Assembly: GCA_963514005.1 (NCBI GenBank)
Contig: OY740783.1
Span: forward strand, 32,922,001 to 32,986,000
Origin: Raja brachyura
Taxonomy: Eukaryota
Reading direction: 5' to 3'
Length of the DNA stretch: 64,000 bases
Shown here: positions 13,103 to 27,210 of the stretch, in pieces
Numbering within the stretch: position 1 is the first letter of the stretch
Layout: every line of letters begins with the position of its first letter
Translations under genes and position numbers: made by a program
Notes under the pieces: model-generated
What the model was told of the DNA's origin: nothing
Seen by the model: the letters and a program-made list of their open reading frames with translations, nothing else
Database searches by the model: none

Positions 13103-13317
13103 AGGCACAGAATGCTTGAGTAACTCAATGGGACAGACGGCATCTCTGGATAGAAGGAATGGGTGACTTTTCAGGTCGAGACCCTTCTTCAGACTCGGGT
13201 CACGACCCGAAATGTCACCCATTCCTTCTATCCAGAGATGCCGCCTATCCCGCTGAGTTACTCCAGCATTGTGTGTCTATCTTAGGTTTGAACCAGCATC
13301 TGCAGTTTCTTCCTACA
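13103..13317. repeat. Palindromic (head-to-head) Penelope-like repeat with hammerhead core
   Basis: 13103-13180 is the reverse complement of about 13197-13278. The minus strand 13195-13161 reads agtCTGAAGAagggtctcgacctGAAAagtcaccc. Confidence 0.7.
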
Positions 13318-13378
13318 CAATAAATAAATTTCAGATCTTTTTGACATTGTGTGCTTCTGTTGAAAGATTCTGACGAAA

Positions 13379-14070
13379 GGCAAGGCAAGTTTATTTATAT
13401 AGCACCATTCATACAAGCTGCAATTCATAGTGCTTTACAAAAGAAACAAGAGAATAACATAGTTTAAAAACATTGCAGAACCACAATACAACACAGGACA
13501 ACAAAATAGCCAATAAGCCAATTGCATGAATAGCAAAACAAAATCACTAAAATATTAAGGCGATTTTAAAAGCACATAAAAAGGTTAAAACAAGAAGATT
13601 AAAATTACCCCCATGTAGGGTCATGAAAAAGCTACATCAAACAATAGTGTCTTTAGGCCTGACTTAAATGTGGTTACAGACTGTGCACACCTCAGGTGTT
13701 CAGGGAGCCTGTTCCACAGGTGTGGAGCATAGAAACTGAATGCTGCTTCAGCCCTTTTTGTTCTCACCCTGGGAACATGGAGTAAACCTGTCCCCGAAGA
13801 CCTGAGGAGTCTAGGTGCCTCATAAACAACAAGGTCAGAGATGTATTTTGGACCCAGACCATTCAGAGCCTTGTATGCCAGTAGCAGAATTTTAAAATCT
13901 ATCCTTTTACACACAGGGAGCCAGTGCAAAGATTTAAGGACAGGTGTAATGTGGTCCATTTTCTTGGTGTTGGTTAAGACTCTGGCAGCGGCATTCTGGA
14001 TAAGCTGCAGTTGTTTAATTGATTTTTTACTGAGACCTGTAAAGATACTATTACAATAATCTAACGTAAT
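13379..14070 (-). mobile_element. L2-clade LINE 3' fragment
   Basis: HITPVLKSLHWLPV..RIDFKILLL..AFSFYAPHLWN.LP. 3' end gtgctatataaataaa(cttgc)n. Confidence 0.85.
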
Positions 14071-14299
14071 CTAAGGCCACTGATCCTAATTGTTATTCCC
14101 TTATTATGTATCATGTATTGCCGTTCTGACCGGATAGTACGCAACAAAAGCTTTTCACTGCGACTTGGTACACTTAACAATAATAATCTAAACTAACCAA
14201 CTTCGTTTTTATTCTTTCTATATAAATTCTGCCTGATTTTCTAAATATAACCAATTTTTTTTCAAATGAATAAACTTGGTATAGCAGAAAGGAGACATT

Positions 14300-16727
14300 G
14301 GGCTGGATGGTTTGGAGTTTGTAAAGTGTGTGCAGGATAGTTTTTTGCAGCAATACATAGAGGTGCCTACTAGAGGAGGGGCATTGCTGGACCTCCTGTT
14401 AGGAAATGAGACGGGACAGGTGGCGGAGGTATGCGTAGGGGAGCACTTCGGGTCCAGTGATCACAATACCATTAGTTTCAATATAATTATGGAGAAGGAC
14501 AGAACTGGGCCTAGGGTTGAGATTTTTGATTGGAGAAAGGCTAACTTTAACGAGATGCGAGATGATTTAAAAGGAGTGAACTGGGACATTTTGTTTTATG
14601 GGAAAGATGTAGAGGAGAAATGGAGGACATTTAAAGGGGAAATATTAAGAGTACAAAATCTTTATGTTCCTGTTCGGTTGAAAGGAACCAGTAAAAATTG
14701 GAAAGAGCCCTGGTTTTCAAGGGAAATTGGACATCTTGTTCGGAAAAAGAGGGAGATCTACAATAATTATAAGCAGCATGAAGTAAATGAGGTGCTTGAG
14801 GAGTATAAGGAATGTAAAAAGAATCTTAAGAAAGAAATTAGAAAAGCTAAAAGAAGATATGAGGTTGCTTTGGCAAGTAAGGTGACAGTAAATCCAAAGG
14901 GTTTCTACAGCTATGTTAATAGCAAAAGGATAACAAGGGATAAAATTGGTCCATTGGAGAGACCGAGTGGACAGCTATCTGCAGAGCCAAAAGAGATGGG
15001 GGAGATATTGAACAATTTCTTTTCTTCGGTATTCACCAAGGAGAAGGATATTGAATTATGTGAGGTAAGGGAAACTAGTAGAGTAGCTATGGATACTATG
15101 AGTTTCAAAGTAAAAGAAGTACTGGCACTTTTGAAAAATATAAAAGTGGATAAGTCTCCAGGTCCTGACAGGATATTCCCTAGGACATTGAGGGAAGTTA
15201 GCGTAGAAATAGCCGGGGCTATGACAGAAATATTTCAAATGTCATTAGAAACTGGAATAGTCCCCGAGGATTGGCGTACTGCGCATGTTGTTCCATTGTT
15301 TAAAAAGGGTTCTAAAAGTAAACCTAGCAATTATAGACCGGTTAGTTTGACTTCAGTGGTGGGCAAATTAATGGAAAAGCTACTTAGAGATAATATATAT
15401 AAGTATCTGGATAAAGAGGGTCTAATTAGGAACAGTCAACATGGATTTATGCCTGGAAGGTCATGTTTGACTAATCTTCTTGAATTTTTTGAAGAGGTTA
15501 CTAGGGAAATTGACGAGGGTAAAGCAGTGGATGTTGTCTATATGGACTTCAGTAAGGCCTTTGACAAGGTTCCTCATGGAAGGTTGGTTAAGAAGGTTCA
15601 ACTGTTGGGTATAAATGCAGGACTAGCAAGATGGATTCAACAGTGGCTGAATGGGAGAAGCCAGAGGGTAATGGTGGATGGCTGTTTGTCGGGTTGGAGG
15701 CAGGTGACTAGTGGGGTGCCTCAGGGATCTGTGTTGGGTCCTTTGTTGTTTGTCATGTACATCAATGATCTGGATGAAGGGGTGGTAAATTGGATTAGTA
15801 AGTATGCAGATGATACCAAGATAGGGGGTGGTGTGGATAATGAAGAGGATTTCCAAAGTCTGCAGAGTGATTTAGGCCAGTTGGAAAAATGGGCTGAAAG
15901 ATGGCAGATGGAGTTTAATGCTGATAAATGTGAGGTGCTACACCTTGGCAGGACAAATCAAAATAGGACGTACATGGTAAACGGTAGGGAATTGAAGAAT
16001 ACAGTTGAACAGAGGGATCTGGGAATAACCGTGCATAGTTCCTTGAAGGTAGAATCTCATATAGATAGGGTGGTAAAGAAAGCTTTTGGTATGCTAGCCT
16101 TTATAAATCAGAGCATTGAGTATAGAAGCTGGGATGTAATGTTAAAATTGTACAAGGCGTTGGTGAGACCAAATCTGGAGTATGGTGTACAATTTTGGTC
16201 GCCCAATTACAGGAAGGATGTCAACAAAATAGAGAGGGTACAGAGGAGATTTACTAGAATGTTGCCTGGGTTTCAACAGCTAAGTTACAGAGATAGGTTG
16301 AATAAGTTAGGTCTTTATTCTCTGGAGCGCAGAAGGTTAAGGGGGGACTTGATAGAGGTCTTTAAAATGATGAGAGGGATAGACAGAGTTAATGTGGACA
16401 AGCTTTTCCCTTTGAGAATAGGGAAGATTCAAACAAGGGGACATGACTTTAGAATTAAGGGACAGAGGTTTAGGGGTAACATGAGGGGGAACTTCTTTAC
16501 TCAGAGAGTGGTAGCGGTGTGGAATGAGCTTCCAGTGGAAGTGGTGGCGGCAGGTTCGTTGGTATCATTTAAAAATAAATTGGATAGGCATATGGATGAG
16601 AAGGGTATGGAGGGTTATGGTATGAGTGCAGGCAGGTGGGACTAAGGGAAAAAAGTTGTTCGGCACGGACTTGAAGGGCCGAGATGGCCTGTTTCCGTGC
16701 TGTAATTGTTATATGGTTATATGGTTA
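14300..16727 (+). mobile_element. 5'-truncated CR1 LINE with uninterrupted 777-aa ORF2 (end of endonuclease plus RT), antisense to ELL2
   Basis: ORF 14312-16645 with [33 protein letters not shown] and KYADD. 3'UTR and (GGTTATAT)n tail. Confidence 0.97.
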
Positions 16728-19700
16728 ATTTATTCCTTAAGAAAAGCAGCAACAGGATAAAAAGTGGGCTATTCACCTCATCTGCTCATCCAACTGTGTA
16801 CCCAATCCCCAGCATGCTGAACTCTCAATGATTTGTTCCAAATGCTTGTAGCTGGAGTCAAGTCTATTTTAAACATGCTGTTCATTACTTTTAAATTTGT
16901 GGCCTTTTGTCCTGGAGGTTCACGCATGTGTATCAAATCTTAATTAAGTCACTAGTAAAACCTATTCCAAGTATCAAGGAAAGTTTCTTGCATCTTTCTT
17001 CATAACTCACCTATTATATTTGTAATGATTCCTGCTTGCCTCTTCTAAACTACTGCTTACAATCTAAGCATTTTTATGTACTTATAATCCATTGTTTTAT
17101 CAAAAAATCAGTTTATATATTCATCCATTTGATTCATTGAAAATGTCAGCTGTCACAGTGCTAAAATGCTATTCTCTGCCATGCACATTGCATGCCAGAA
17201 GTAAATGTTGAAACAAGTACTTTTGTTAATTGCTATAATTTCCAATTACTTAAGTCTCAATCTTGCCATTTAAATTTAAACTATAAATATCCAAGTTTAC
17301 AGTTGGTTTTACTATTTGTTTTGTTAATGTAGCTCGGAAGCACAAACGTCCTACAAAAAAGCACCTATACCACATACAAGATCAATACGTTTTACACACA
17401 ATCAACATTTAGAACAGGTTGCGTTTATTTTCTCATCACACTGACCTCTGAGAACGTTTCCCATTAATTTTACACAGAGGTAAACTTGGCCATCTTAAAT
17501 GAGTTTACTACGACTGCTTTTGTTTATTCAATTGTTGCAAAATCAGTTTGCAGCCTGACAAGTAAAACGTATTTGCATACATGCACCAGTCCAAACATTA
17601 TGTTGAGACAATATTTGTCATCTATGTAAGTACCTCAAAAATTATGCAAGGAAAAAATTACATTAAGCCTCCAAATGTTACGCTGACCCTGCATTTTGTA
17701 ATACTTTGCATTCATCATGTTAACAACTCACCATGTTTGCCTAAACAATAACCCAAACAGAGAAAGATTTCCTATGTCTTTACGGACAAAGATCAATCTG
17801 TATATTTTGTTAACGAATGAGTCATTCATATACATGCCGGTTGGGAAACAAATTTATAACTTTGTTGCAAGTACTGCCCCCTGAAGATAAATAAAACACA
17901 TCATTTGTACATTTATTTTAGCCAAAGGCTGTTTGACAGTATTAAAGTATGAAATTCCTTATCTAGTCAAGGATTACAGGGTCACTAAAAACCGTTCATT
18001 TTGTTGTTTTCCCATTCATCTAATGAGAAAATCAAAAGGTCAAAATATTTCCTGCTGCAAAGTGTCATATTCCCTTCTCCACATCTCTTCCTATTGTTTG
18101 TGTTTGTGCCAACGGTGTAAATCTGCTTTTCCTATCTTCTTCCAAACGCTAGGCCACAGCCTTCCCATTTTCACATATCCTACTCACATTTTTCCCATCG
18201 TGGCAATAAACATCTTCCCGACGCTTTCCCACCTATATTTCCGATTATATGAATCCTTTACATTTTAAAAACAGCCCCAAAAACTCACTAATTTCGGTAA
18301 AAAACCCCGAGTGACGTCAGAATGCACTTGCAAGGCAGGACAGGACATGGCAGGTGGGGGGGGCACTCCAGCGCTCGTGGAGCAGCTGCCGGCGCCCGAC
18401 ACCTTTTTGCGAGGGTGGTGCCGCAGGCCCTGGCTGGTGCCAAGCCTGGTGCTCGAGCTGGAGTGACAGCCGAGCCTGGGGCTTGGGTTGGGCCGTGACC
18501 GGGGCCAAGAAAAAAGCCGCCGCTGGAACCAAGGACGAATCTGGGCAGTGGAGCCCAGGCGGCGGCTGAGGTGACGGCTGGAGATGAAGTCGGGGCCTGG
18601 ACTGGAGCCCAGGGGGTGGCCGAGCTGACAGCTGGAATCTCTACAGAGTTGGGCCGAGTTCGAAAACCAGGCCAAGTTCCAGGCCCTGGCGCTGCTTAAC
18701 GACCTGGGTAGGTCCTGGAGCGGGGCATGGGAGGAGGATGAGGGAAATGAGATGGGGAGTGGGGAGATAGATGGGGGGGGGGGGGGGGGTGTGGAGAAGG
18801 GATTGGTGGAGAGAGATGCCCCTCCCTCCCTACCCCCCTCCCTCGCCTTTACTCAAATTCCAGTTACACTGCGCAGTGATTCCCCCACCATTGTCAAAAA
18901 AAGGTACAGAAAGCCAAATAAAAGGGCCTTCATTGAGGAAACTCAGGACAATGCAAAACAAAGATACATATCACACACAAATGAGAACATTTAAAAAATA
19001 CTAGAAATACTCAGGTGGTTAGGTAGCTTCTGTAGTAGAAACAGTCCATACCTCAGGTCAAATTGATATGCAGTAACTACTGGAGTACAATCTGGTTTAA
19101 TGTAAAAAAATGTCACACAAGGAGGGAAACGTATTCTTCATCCTGCTACCAGATAACATTCTTAGCTCAAAGTTTAATTATGCAAGGGGATGTGTGATAC
19201 GTTATCGCTTGTTTCAGTGTGAAAGAGTCACAGACAGAACAACTTGCTGACTTAAAGTATGAAGTGCTTTATAATTGTTTAAAGAAAGCAAGAAAGCAGC
19301 ATTCATTATCTCTAATTGCAAGAATGAAAGTAGTGAAAAGTGACCATTTAAATGTCTATGCAACATAATAACAAACATAAGAATTTGAACTTTAATCAAT
19401 AACTTAAAAAAAAAAATTTAAACACAAGCCACAATTCAGGAGCAAGTTTAAGAGAAAAGGAATAAGCCTGCCTCAAAAGCTGGGCAAACTGCCATTTAGA
19501 AACTAGGATATCTGAGCAGAACGTAGTGTTCTTACAAAATTAGATGAATGGTGAAGCCAAGCAAATAATTTCCATTGGTGACCTTTACATAATACGAAGA
19601 ATCAACTGTTAACAGAAATAAACATTGGAAAACGTTAATTCATTTTTATACCCCAGCAGTCCATACCAAAATAAACTAAGCAGTTAAACCAAGCAACCTT

Positions 19701-20142
19701 TCCAGGGCCCATTTTGTGCTGAATACAATGGACTCTGTTTAAATATTTTTGCTTAGACGAATTCATGTCATAGTTCATAAGATCATATTTTAGTAAATTA
19801 GCTTCATGATTAATGCGCAATGGGAATAAATCTTTCAAAACTCAATTTTTTTTTTTAAATGGTTAGATCAGAGATTAGCCATTAGTAGGTGAAAGTCCAA
19901 TAAACCATTTCAGAGTGACACATGATCAGAATCTTATTAAAGCACATTGTTGAGAAAAGTAGTTTTCACAGTGCGAGAAAAATCAACATTTACATTGGAC
20001 GCCAACTGGAATGGCTTGAATCTTGGAAATTAACTTGCCATTTATATACATTATTCAAAATACCCATTTAAGCCCAACAGACAAATTAGCTAATTTTGCG
20101 TGTGGTGATGAGCCATAACCCAACCCAGGGACACTCAACATC

Positions 20143-20237
20143 AGTCTGAAGAAGGGTCTTGACCCGAAACATCGCCCATTCCTTCTCTCCAGAGATGATG
20201 CCTGTCCTGCTGAGTTACTCCAGCATTTTGTGTCTCC
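20143..20237 (+). repeat. Penelope-like short repeat with hammerhead core
   Basis: agtCTGAAGAaGGGTcttgACCCGAAAcatc followed by the family arm ...gctgagttactccagcattttgtgtct. Confidence 0.7.
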
Positions 20238-23200
20238 ACTCAAACTATATTCATTTCCAAGTGTCTTGAGAGATGTAATTCAGTCCATTATAAAATGTAT
20301 CCAAATTAATGAACTGCCCGTTTCATCTGCTGATCTCAAACTTCACTTCAACTTCTTTCTATATTTAGCAGCGTGAACATTTTTTGCAGTCAGTAACCAT
20401 CTCAAGTCCATACTCCTTATCATTAACTATGGAGCTCTTTGGTCTCCAAGTCCCTGCAATTTACAGTTCAACCAAGTGGGATAGATGCTTTTGTTTAGCA
20501 GTGCAAGAGTATTGGGAAGGCTAACTATCCGAACAGAGTGATAGGCATAAAAATGGTACAAAGGCAAGAGTAGAGATTACTAACACAAGCAAAGTATGTG
20601 GTGGAGCATTCAAAAGACAAAAAGGGCAAATAAATATAGTCAACTGTATGATTTTGAGGAACACTGGGGCTCTGCAATGTTCATTCACATATTATTCGAA
20701 GGACCAAGACAGGTGTATATATTTTAAGGATAGTTGCCTTTATTGATTAAGACAAAAAAGCAGAAAATCATGCCAAAATTGAACAAAACTGCAATTAGGC
20801 CAAAGATATTGTCCTGCATTCTTGACTTTGTTCCAGTCAACAGCAATTATATTTATAAAGAAACAATGGATAGGCTGGGGTTGTTCTTTTCAAACACGAT
20901 TTACATTGCTGGCAGGATGACAGTAAAGGAGTCTACAATTCACTTATTTTAAAGGGCAAGAGGCAAAACTCATTACATTCAAAAAATCACTTGGACGAGC
21001 ATTTGATATGCTTAACTAACAAAAGGTACAAGTCAAGAACAGGGAAGCAGGAATAGGCTGGATATCTTTGTCACGTGTGGATATAATGGGACAAATTGTT
21101 TTTTTCTATCCAACAATTTCTATTTGGTTAATATAATTTAGACCAAAATTACATACTATATAAACTCTAAAATAACTCTTCTAAAATTATTTTTTGCTAT
21201 TACTGACACAAGGAAGAATGTCATGGTATCTCTTTACACTTTTTGAATGTTGAGAGTTTTTGTCTTATGCCCTTAAAAGAAGCAAATTCTATGTGTCAAG
21301 GTAGCAACTGAAAACGCTGATATTTATACAGAACATTCACATTAACTTTGTATTGTGCAGTCAATAGCGCTTTGTATAATCTTAAACTGAATGCATTTTG
21401 TGTTGAGACCTAAATTAATTTTGATTATATCATCCACTCGTCAGATGCATGCAGCAGAAGCAAAGCAAAAAACGTTGCTTCATTGTCACAATTATATTGC
21501 ATTTTATCTTATTCACTTTTCACTTTATATTGCATTTTATCTTATTCACAAATTCACTTTATCTTAACAAGCATTTATTTCAAAAACGACCGATTTTCTA
21601 GAAACTTAGCTTTTTGATTTTCACGTTTACATAATCGTGTTTATAAAACTTTTTGGACACGCCAAATTGGCCAAAGGGTTCTTCGTTACTGTCAAAATGA
21701 ATTATAATATTTCACCTGAATACTGAACTGATATCAATTGTACACATGCATCCGATTCCTTAGAAAAGGATTTATTTATATATTTATATATACTAAACGC
21801 AGAACTTTATATAAAGAAGGCCTCTACATAGCAGCAATCAATCTATTTTTAGGTAGGTACAGAAGACATCAACGTATTGAGTTACAATACTATTTGCATC
21901 TGTTTGGTTTTCAATTACCTGAATGAAATCAGGGAAATTAAGTCCAAGAAATAGTCTAACATTTCCTATTTTGATATGCCTAATAATATTTCTTCAATGA
22001 CAGGCAAAAAAGCATTCATTTATTTTATTTTTTTAATCTTGAGGTTGCAGTGTGAAAAGGGAAAGAAAGGTCCAATGCAGGAACCCCTTGCAAATAAATG
22101 CTGACTAGTTCAGCTCTATCTTTAACTCCCTATTGAGCTTCTGCAACATTGAATCTTTGCATTTGCTTTTCCAACTTATTTCTTCACAGTGTACACACGT
22201 TTTTACTTAAAATCAACTGACAATAACCTATAACAATATCATTGTACAAACCAAGTAGGCATTTCACAGCCAATTTTATGCATTTTAAAACAAGACTTCA
22301 CTTACACTGAAAGCAAATGGTACAATGGGGAGGAAAACAGCACCAGGAATTCAGTCAAAATTGTACTCCAATATAATAATCTTTCAATATTTTAACATGT
22401 ACAGGAATTATCAAAATGCAAATATTGCTTGAAGGTGAATTTGCTAGTTGCCAAAATATTTCAAATCAGATATATTTTTGTAAGTTTGATAAAATTGACT
22501 GCCACAATTTACCTTCTATTTAATATATCAATCACATGCTAAGTAATAAATTAATTGGGATTATATCCATAAAAAGGGTTTACGTTTTAACATTGAAAAA
22601 AATAGCACAAGTAATTATATTAGCTGCAATGATTCCTGTTCAGAAAAGTTTAAAATGTATCAAAAAGAATATATGCATATAATTTAAATATAGTTTTCGT
22701 CACAATACAAATATATTAGTTAGCTTCTATAACTTCCTAAGAATGATGGGGAGATTCAGAATGAAAAAAAGGATTGGTCTAACTATGCACCATTCTCAGT
22801 TTTGTTAACAGAATGAGTGTTAACAGGCTCCGTGCTCAATTATTCAGTTATGTGCTTGATGTGCAAAAAAATGCCTGTTCACAAGATACAAAATTGCCCA
22901 AAACAAATTCATACCGTTATCTACCATTGACTGGAATTATAAATAGGTAGATCAGAGTAGATTAAGACACTGCATTACATTTCACTAAATGAAAACCCTT
23001 TTGTATCGGGGATCGGCAACACACAATAAGTTACATCATATTTAATGGGTTTTTTTTAAACGGAGTTACATACCCTTTGTAAACTTTAGCACAGGACTGC
23101 ATTAGGGCAGGTGATCAAAAACATGGTCAAAATGTTTTAATGAGCATGATAGGGAAAAATACTAGAATTAGAGATTATCCAAGGGCTTAGGACCCAAGCA

Positions 23201-24819
23201 GCAAAAAAAAGCAGGACAATAGTCAAAAGGTCTGAAACAGGTTTGAATAGGCCATATCATTCAGGGAATTTAATTCGGCTCTGATTGTGATCCACAACAA
23301 TACAGTCCTTTTGATGCACCACTAACCCCTTATGTACAACTATGATAATTGCTGGGCAACATCCACATCCTAAGAATGAATGTTTAAAAAAAGCACCATC
23401 AAATGAGGAGAAATAAAATATCTTACCAAGGGACCAGAAATAGAGTGACACAGATCTCAGAACATTGACAAGTGCATTTGAACACAATAATGAAAAGTTC
23501 AAGTCAGTAAATGCAAGGGTGAGAGGAAGATCATTGTGCAAATTAGAATACAGAAATAACTTATTAACTCGAGTGCATCCAGAGGTGATGGTACCACCAA
23601 GTAGGAAGTCAGGCATGGCAATATTAGAAAAGTCAGAATAAAGTGGTGATGAGAACAAGTATGAGGGTTAAAGTATATCTGAGATATCATAGTCAGTGGG
23701 TGTAACCAATCATTTTGCTGGATTAAATTTAATCTTAACCTTGTCAAAAAGCGGTTTCAATTGGCTTTACAATTCTGTAGGAAATGGGGTCAGAGAAGCA
23801 GGAAAAAAATAAGGTTGTGTGAAAAGTGCATGCAGTGCAGTTTTGGCTGATAGAAAGAAAAATAAGAGGACTTTGTCATAATAATCCAAACTCAGTGCAA
23901 ACTGGACCCTTAATGGAATTATGTCCTGCAAAATAAAAAGCAGCATCCTTTGGTAACGTAGTACTGATTCTTGTCAAAGTATCCGAGCGACGGCCGAGCC
24001 GGAGTGGGCAGAGGGATGGAGGGAGAGTCGGGTTGCAGGATGGCCGAGCAGTTTGCGCGGAGTTTGTGACACACACACACACAGGTCCAATCGTCAAGTC
24101 AACGGGATCTAAACACAGCTAACAATGAATAAACTGCAGATGCTGCTTTTTATGGATGGAGGGAGGGAGGGAGAGCCTTCTGGGTGCAGAATGTTAGGAC
24201 ATCACAGCCAAACTACAGTCCGCAGGATATAGAAAGCAAACGAAACACTGCCAACAAGAACTAGAAACCCAAAATGATTTCCCCCACTGAGCACCAATGC
24301 ACATAACCACCAATTACACTAATCAATTATTGCAGATCCCATTTGAAAGTGGAATTTTTAGACTAATAAACTGGCTAACATTGTAACAAAAACCAGAAAT
24401 AATAATATTAGTACACAAAAGCTTTTCACTGTACCTCGGTACACATGATAATAAACAAAACTAAATAAATTGCAGGGGTCTTAAGTGGCATTTCTAAGTA
24501 AATTTTAGAAGCTCTCTTCATAATATTAAAGAATAAATATTCATTCTTGGTCCACGTTCACTGAAATGTTGTGGGTCTGCAGTCTTTGCTTGGATTTTCC
24601 GCATCCAAAAAAGGAAGATCAAGGAGTTTTAAACAGATTAGAAATGGATGGTACACAAAAGACTACAGCTGTTGAAATCATGTTGAGTAAAAAAAGAGGA
24701 GAAATTTGGTGGAGAAACAAGGTACTGCAGATGCTAGTTTAGAAAAAGGACACAGTGCTAGAATATAGTGGGTCAGGCAGCATCTTGGAGAACATGGTGG
24801 AGCAGTTGTGGAGGGAAGA

Positions 24820-25935
24820 GTCAGAGCATGGATACAGGCCCTTTGGCTAAACGTGCCTATGCCGGTCAGCATGCCCCGTCTACACTAGTTCCATCCGAGT
24901 GTTTTGCCTATATCCCTCTAAACCTATCCTTATACCTGTCCAAATGTTTTTTTAAATGCTGCAATAGTACCTGCCTCAACTACCTCCTATGGCCAATAGG
25001 TTCCATATATCTACCCCCTTGTGTGAAAAGGTTGCCGCTCAGGTTCCTATTAAATCTTTTCCCCATCACTTTAAAACCATGTCCTCTGGTTTTCGACTCA
25101 TAGTAAAAGACTGCATTCACCCTTTCTATTCACCTCATGATCTTATACACTTCTAGAAGATCACCCCTCATCGTCCTGCATTCCAAGGAATAAAGTCCTA
25201 GCTAGCTCAACCTCTCCCTTTAGTTCCGGCCCTTGAATCCTTGCAACATCCCCATTGATCTTCTGTGCACCCATTCCAGCTTAACAAAATTTTTCCTATG
25301 ACAGGGTGACCAAAACTGAACACAATACTCTAAATTTGACCTCACCAAATACAACTGTTACACGACTTCCCAACTTCTATACTCAATATTCTGACTTATG
25401 AAGGCTAATGTGCTGAATGTCTTCTTGATCACCTTGTCTACTTGTGATGCCACTGTCAAGGAACTATGTACCTGCACTCCTTGATCACTCTTCTCTACAA
25501 CACTCCAGAGCCCTGCCATTCACGCTACAGATCCTGTCCTGGTAAGGCACGTCAAAAGTCAACATCTTGCACCTCTGTATTAAATTCCATCAACTGTTCC
25601 TCAGCCCACCCAATCAAGATCCTGCTGCAATTTTTGACCAACCATCTTCATTATCTACAATACTTTAGTGTCATCTGCAAACTTGCTAATCATATTATCT
25701 GATCTCATCCAAATCATTGATATAGGTGACAAAAAGCAATGGGCTCAGCACTAAATCCTGATGCACACCATTAGTCACAAGCCTCCAATCCGAAAAACAT
25801 CCATCCACCAAGACGTTCTGCTTCCTTCCATGAAGCCAATTTTCTATCCTGTTGGCTATCGTTCCTTGGATCCCATGCGATTTAACCTTCCATGGCAGCC
25901 TACCACAAGGGACATTATCAAATGCCTTGCTTAAA
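24820..25935 (-). mobile_element. Old degenerate CR1 (RT to 3' end)
   Basis: Reverse complement of CR1 RT and 3'UTR motifs with many disruptions. Confidence 0.75.
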
Positions 25936-25999
25936 GTGGACAGACGATGTTTCAGGCTGATGTCAGCAAACGCAGTGCTTAGAGAGCTTATAAAACAGC

Positions 26000-27210
26000 A
26001 ATGTAATGCGGAGGCTCATGGTCAGGCCGCATTTTGAATGTTGTGAGCAATTTTGGGCACCATATCTGAGGAAGGAAGTGCTGGTTCTGGAGAGGGACCA
26101 GAGGAGGTTTACAATCATTATTCCAGGAATGAGTAGATTAACATATGATGAGCATTTGGCAGCACTGGGCCTATACTCACAGGAGCTTAGAAGAATGAGG
26201 GGGGACCTCACTGAAACATACAGAATAGTGAAAGGCTTGGATAAAGTGCATGTGGAGAGGATGTTTCCACTCGTGGGAGAGTCTAGGACTAGAGGTCATA
26301 GCCTCATAATCAAAGGAACTTCTTTTAGGAAGGAGATGATGAGGAATTTCTTTAGTCAGAGGGTGGTGAATCTGTGGAATTATTTGCCCAAGAAGGCTGT
26401 GGAAGCAAAGTCAGTGGATATATTTAAGGCAATAGACAATAGGTGCAGGAGTAGGCCATTTGGCCCTTCGAGCCAGCACTGCCATTCAATGTGATCATGG
26501 CTGATCATCCCCATTCAGTACCCCGTTCCTGCCTTTTCCCCATATCCCCTGACTCCGCTATTTTTAAGAGCCCCATCTAGCTCTCTCTTGAAAGAATCCA
26601 GAGAACCTGCCTCCACCGCCCTCTGAGGCAGAGAATTCCACAGACTCCCACTCTCTGTGAGAAAAAGTGTTTCCTCGTCTCCGTTCTAAATGGCTTACCC
26701 CTTATTCTTAAACTGTGGCCCCTGGTTCTGGACTCCCCCAACATCGGGAACATGTTTCCTGCCTCTAGTGTGTCCAAGCCCTTTACAATCTTATATGTTT
26801 CAATGAGATCTCCTCTCATCCTTCTAAACTCCAGAGTGTACAAGCCCAGCTGCTCCATTCTCTCAGCATATGACAGTCCCGCCATCCCGGGAATTAAACT
26901 TGTAAACCTACGCTGCACTCCCTCAATAGCAAGAATGTCCTTCCTCAAATTAGGGGACCAAAACTGCACACAATACTCCAGGTGTGGTCTCACTAGGGCT
27001 CTGTACAACTGCAGAAGGACCTTTTTGCTGCTATATTTGATTCCTCTTGTTATAAAGGCAGATAGATAGATTCTTGATTAGGGTGTCAGAGGTTATAGGG
27101 GGAAGGCAGAAGAATAGGGCTAGGAGGGAGAGATAGATCAGCCATGATTGAATGATGGAATAGACTTGATGGGCCAAACGGCCTAATTCTACTCCTATCA
27201 CTTATGATGT
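26000..27210 (+). mobile_element. CR1 3' region (+) interrupted by a younger CR1 3' fragment on the minus strand (about 26431-27058)
   Basis: ORFs 26006-26494 (+) and 26577-27008 (-) both carry [11 protein letters not shown]. The host resumes at gatagatagattcttg (about 27059). Confidence 0.85.

Noticed and set aside
18265-18675. 136-aa GC-rich ORF as an exon
   Set aside because: Low-complexity composition, no recognisable domain, and no convincing splice sites compatible with ELL2.
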